From Nemertoderma westbladi (taxonomy: Eukaryota; Animalia; Xenacoelomorpha), in assembly GCA_032718475.1 (NCBI GenBank), contig JAUCBJ010001322.1, positions 1 through 41,711 on the forward strand: 41,711 nt of DNA, given 5' to 3'. Of this stretch, positions 36,801 through 41,711 are shown in pieces. Numbering within the stretch: the first letter of the stretch is position 1; every line of letters starts with the position of its first letter. The position numbers and the translations under genes were made by a program. The notes beneath the pieces are model-generated. The model saw only the letters and a program-made list of their open reading frames with translations. It was not told where the DNA came from and did no database searches.

Positions 36801-38283
36801 TCTGTGACTAAGAACCCACAGTAAGGAACGCTATAGTTTATCTGTGACTAAGAACCCACAGTAAGGAACGCCATAGTTCATCTGTGACTAAGAACCCACA
36901 GTAAGGAACGCCACACATTAAGGAACGCCATAGTTTATCTGTGACTAAGAACCCACAGTAAGGAACGCTATAGTTTATCTGTGACTAAGAACCCACAGTA
37001 AGGAACGCCATAGTTCATCTGTGACTAAGAACCCACAGTAAGGAACGCCATAGTTCATCTGTGACTAAGAACCCACAGTAAGGAACGCCATAGTTCATCT
37101 GTGACTAAGAACCCACAGTAAGGAACGCCATATTTTATCTTCGACTAAGAACCCACAGTAAGGAACGCCATAGTTCATCTGTGACTAAGAACCCACAGTA
37201 AGGAACGCCATAGTTCATCTGTGACTAAGAACCCACAGTAAGGAACGCCATAGTTCATCTGTGACTAAGAACCCACAGTAAGGAACGCCATAGTTCATCT
37301 GTGACTAAGAACCCACAGTAAGGAACGCCACACATTAAGGAACGCCATAGTTTATCTGTGACTAAGAACCCACAGTAAGGAACGCTATAGTTTATCTGTG
37401 ACTAAGAACTCACAGTAAGGAACGCCATAGTTCATCTGTGACTAAGAACCCACAGTAAGGAACGCCATAGTTTATCTGTGACTAAGAACCCACAGTAAGG
37501 AACGCCTTAGTTCATCTGTGACAAAGAACCCACAGTAAGGAACGCCATAATTCATCTGTGACTAAGAACCCACAGTAAGGAACGCAATAGTTTATCTGTG
37601 ACTAAGAACCCACAGTAAGGAACGCTATAGTTCATCTGTGACTAAGAACTCACAGTAAGGAACGCCATAGTTCATCTGTGACTAAGAACCCACAGTAAGG
37701 AACGCCATAGTTTATCTGTGACGAAGAACCCTCAGTAAGGAACGCGATAGTTTATCTGTGACTAAGAATCCCACAGTAAGGAATACCATAGTTCATCTGT
37801 GACTAAGAACCCACAGTAAGGAACGCCATAGTTTATCTGTGACTAAGAACCCACAGTAAGGAACGCCTTAGTTCATCTGTGACAAAGAACCCACAGTAAG
37901 GAACGCCATAATTCATCTGTGACTAAGAACCCACAGTAAGGAACGCAATAGTTTATCTGTGACTAAGAACCCACAGTAAGGAACGCCATAGTTCATATGT
38001 GACTAAGAACCCACTGTAAGGAACGCCTTAGTTCATATGTGACTAAGAACCCACAGTAAGGAACGTCATAGTTCATCTGCGACTAAGAACCCACATTAAG
38101 GAACGCCATAGTTCATATGTGACTAAGAACCCACTGTATGGAACGCCATAGTTCATCTGTGACAAAGAACCCACAGTAAGGAACGCCATAGTTCATATGT
38201 GACTAAGAACCCACTGTATGGAACGCCATAGTTCATCTGTGACAAAGAACCCACAGTAAGGAACGCCATAGTTCGTATGTGAC
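12844..38283. repeat. Large 40-bp satellite array (~25.4 kb, about 625 units)
   Basis: Consensus is aagaacccacagtaaggaacgc(c/a/t)(t/a)tagtt(c/t)at(c/a)tgtgac(t/a). All units are head-to-tail in one orientation. About 24 interspersed 17-bp short units (cacattaaggaacgcca) by manual count. Confidence 0.99.
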
Positions 38284-38606
38284 AGTAATCAATCGTCATT
38301 GAAGTTTCGATTACTTACTATTCTCTTTGAAGAAGACGTTATCTCGTTAAGGCGCTGTTTGGCTAAGATAATTCATTGATCTTAAATGCATATTTAAAAT
38401 GATTTATAATACAAAATGACAGTATAAAATACGTCAAAAGTTACATCAATCCGAAATCTTCATATTTTCCAAGGTCGGTGATTGAAAGGATTAAACATTT
38501 TTATTAAATTTATACACTCGGGAATAATTCAGTCCCTCTCCATTGTCCTCTTAATTTAAACTACCAGTGGATGCTTGCCTTCTACAAACTACGGTAACGC
38601 TTTTCT

Positions 38607-39550
38607 AAACAAGCGCGAAATCGCGCAACGGTCCGCGTCTACTAAAGCATTAACTGTCTCCTTAAATGGCTTACTACCAATCTTACAACAAAAGAACATT
38701 CACCGGAGCTACTGGGACCGTATCAATCCCTAATACAAAACATTGACCGGAGCTACTGAGACCGATCAATCCCTAATACAAAACATTCACCGGAGCTACT
38801 GGGACCGTATCAATCCCTAATACAAAACATTCACCGGAGCTACTAGGACCGTATCAATCCCTAATACAAAACATTCACCGGAGCTACTGGGACCGTATCA
38901 ATCCCTAATACAAAACATTCACCGGAGCTACTGGGACCGTATCAATCCCTAATACAAAACATTCACCGGAGCTACTGGGACCGTATCAATCCCTAATACA
39001 AAACATTCACCGGAGCTACTGGGTCCGTATCAATCCCTAATACAAAACATTCACCGGAGCCACTGGGACCGTATCAATCCCTAATACAAAACATTCACCG
39101 GAGCCACTGGGACCGTATCAATCCCTAATACAAAACATTCACCGGAGCCACTGGGACCGTATCAATCCCTAATACAAAACATTCACCGGAGCTACTGGGA
39201 CCGTATCAATCCCTAATACAAAACATTCACCGGAGCTACTGGGACCGTATCAATCCCTAATACAAAACATTCACCGGAGCTACTGGGACCGTATCAATCC
39301 CTAATACAAAACATTGACCGGAGCTACTGGGACCGTATCAATCCCTAATACAAAACATTGACCGGAGCTACTGGGACCGTATCTATCCCTAATACAAAAC
39401 ATTGACCGGAGCTACTGGGACCGTATCAATCCCTAATACAAAATATTGACCGGAGCTACTGGGACCGTATCAATCCCTAATACAAAAATCTAAGAAGAAA
39501 TTAACAACAACAGAGTGAATACTAGAGGTTTCGCTACGCGGACCTAAAAA
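38607..39550 (-). mobile_element. Helentron-associated non-autonomous element (HINE/DINE-1-like) carrying an internal tandem array
   Basis: Minus strand starts TTTTTA-GGTCCGCGT and ends ACGCGGACC-gtt-GCGCGA-tt-TCGCGC-ttgTTT. That gives subterminal inverted repeats (38630-38638 and 39536-39544), a 3' GC stem-loop (38613-38626), T-rich termini, a (tgt)n stretch and core tandem repeats. Confidence 0.7.
38695..39487. repeat. 44-bp minisatellite, ~18 copies
   Basis: Unit is (c/g)accggagctactgggaccgtatcaatccctaatacaaaacatt. Confidence 0.98.
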
Positions 39551-40425
39551 CAAACGATAAGTTACCAATTGAGGAAAAGGAGAATGCGAAATATTCAATC
39601 ATCAGGATTTATCAACTACGCCTATATCAAACTTTCAATATACAATGTACACCCATGGACTTCTAGAATGTTATTTATACCAGGACTGGAAACTAGGTAG
39701 CTATAGGTATATATTAATAGGCAAAATAAAAATACCAGTTGAGGCCTACTTGTTAATTACTGCCAATAGTAATATTTGAGAACATGATATACACGTTTTT
39801 AGTGATTATTGTAGGTCATAATTAATTTTTATCTTTTTGTTACATTAAGTCAACTTAACAGTAGTGTTCTGGTGAATTACTGGTAACGCTGCAAAGTACT
39901 ACTTTGTAGCGTTGCGGCCTATAGGACGGAACGCTGCAAAGTAATCAGTGACATGAAAACAACTTCAATTACCGTATTCCCTAATGTATTATTTCCATTT
40001 ATATTAACTTATTATTTTGCACAATGCGTGGGTCCAGTTTGAAGTGACAAGACTAGCTACTGTATGTAAATAATTGTTTAACGTGTAAAAGTGTATTCCA
40101 TACGTCCTATAGAAGACATTTTAGAGAAAATGAGCAAAGAAAAGATGGCGACACTGTTCAGTAAAACTGAACGGACAAAGACGGTGACTCAGTTTGTTTC
40201 AGTCGACGATGGATCAAAGATTTATCACATCCATGCGGGAGATAACAACAATAAACTTTAATTAGATTTAAATGTATAATTAATACTGTGTACCAGTGTA
40301 CCTGTTAATAAATTTCACTTATATTCGATATAGTACATGATTAAAATGTTTAAATGAGAGTATCCCTAAAATCCTTTCTTCACATACCGAACGCTGATAA
40401 GTTGACATAATGTAACGAAATTACA

Positions 40426-40543
40426 TACATCATTGTGTGCAAAGGTCACTTTTCAGCGTTAAAGACCCTTGTTTATTTATGTAAACCTCCCTCGCTGCGC
40501 TCGCTCGGTACATTGCACACGCTACTTTGCACACAATGATGTA
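40426..40543. mobile_element. Palindromic MITE-like element with a 19-bp perfect inverted repeat
   Basis: tacatcattgtgtgcaaag (40426-44) and ctttgcacacaatgatgta (40525-43), with internal cctcgctgcgctcgctcgg. Confidence 0.7.
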
Positions 40544-40551
40544 GATAGTTA

Positions 40552-40615
40552 TTACGGCCCTCGTTTTGTTATTTCCCTCGCTGTCGCCCGGGAAACAAAA
40601 TCACTCGTGCCGTAA
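40552..40615. repeat. Short imperfect palindrome with the same core motif
   Basis: Arms ttacggc/gccgtaa and ttttgtt-a-tttccc/gggaaacaaaa surround cctcgctgtcgcccgg. Confidence 0.6.
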
Positions 40616-41168
40616 CGCTATAAAGTGCTATTTTATGAACAATGACGTATATATTTATTACTTATCGCGCCATCTAGAAATTGAGCCGGAATTTGAGGTT
40701 TAGACTTTATTTAGGCCTACCACATAACGTTTTAAATTTCATTTTTCAAGGCACTATAAAACTACTATATTACTAGGATATATTATATTGTATTGAATTT
40801 GTATTTATAAATATGAAGTAATAGCTAAATGGCTAAATAGCTAAATGATAGTAAAGCCTAAATATCACATTAACATCAGTGTCATATTTTAAAAGTATCA
40901 AAGGATCTGATGAAATAATATTAATATCGTTAGAAAATTTGTCTTCGTTTCACACAGCAGAATCGTGGAATGGAAACCGTTTCAGAAGAATTTCGGTACG
41001 GAGTTGAGGCCGCCGAAGGACGACAGGGAGAGTCAGCTAGATTAAGTGTGGGACCACCAATGAGCCAGAGACGCAACACCAATAATTCGTACTATTTCGC
41101 CATACCGAAACGATTTTAGCAATTAATTTCGACTACTATTATATAATTAAATTACTAAAGTGTGCTGC

Positions 41169-41711
41169 TATACGGTCACTTTAGTGTACTATACGGTCAC
41201 TTTAGTGTACTATACGGTCACTTTAGTGTGTTATACGGTCACTTTAGTGTACTATACGGTCACTTTAGTGTGTTATACGGTCACTTTAGTGTACTATACG
41301 GTCACTTTAGTGTACTATACGGTCACTTTAGTGTACTATACGGTCACTTTAGTGTACTATACGGTCACTTTAGTGTACTATACGGTCACTTTAGTGTGTT
41401 ATACGGTCACTTTAGTGTACTATACGGTCACTTTAGTGTACTATACGGTCACTTTAGTGTGTTATACGGTCACTTTAGTGTACTATACGGTCATTTTAGT
41501 GTACTATACGGTCACTTTAGTGTGTTATACGGTCACTTTAGTGTACTATACGGTCACTTTAGTGTGTTATACGGTCACTTTAGTGTACTATACGGTCACT
41601 TTAGTGTACTATACGGTCACTTTAGTGTACTATACGGTCACTTTAGTGTACTATACGGTCACTTTAGTGTGTTATACGGTCACTTTAGTGTACTATACGG
41701 TCACTTTAGTG
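41169..41711. repeat. 21-bp satellite, at least ~26 copies, truncated by the window end
   Basis: Unit is tatacggtcactttagtgt(ac/gt). Confidence 0.98.

Noticed and set aside
12844-38283. CRISPR array (constant 21 bp plus variable 19 bp)
   Set aside because: The variable parts are point variants of one sequence, not unique spacers. There are no cas genes and the context is eukaryotic retroelements.
12960-38283. Hammerhead ribozyme within the 40-bp satellite (ctgtga...gaac)
   Set aside because: It lacks the CUGANGA and GAAA cores and a three-stem junction.

Overview
This AT-rich, repeat-dominated window looks like eukaryotic DNA, probably from an invertebrate metazoan (an inference). I found no intact host protein-coding gene; the long listed ORFs are tandem-repeat read-throughs or retrotransposon remnants, and the short ones show no recognisable domain. 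About 61% of the window is one 40-bp satellite array (12844-38283, roughly 625 units by manual estimate). The array has an almost invariant 21-bp half, a variable half, local higher-order repeats and a layered history. The left 12.8 kb holds a 69-bp minisatellite, a tRNA-derived SINE-like head, several palindromic MITE-like elements, a CRE-clade endonuclease remnant ending in a 54-bp tandem repeat, a minus-strand AP-endonuclease remnant and a decayed RTE-type LINE. The most notable item is at 5377-6545: ~300-bp tandem units plus an inverted copy. These carry type I hammerhead ribozymes with a palindromic stem III, as in Penelope pLTRs and non-LTR retrozymes. The hammerhead sits between Pol III A-box- and B-box-like motifs, and in two copies a T6 terminator-like run follows. 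The right end has a Helentron/DINE-1-like element wrapping a 44-bp array, more palindromes and a 21-bp satellite that runs off the window. All coordinates and counts were read by eye.
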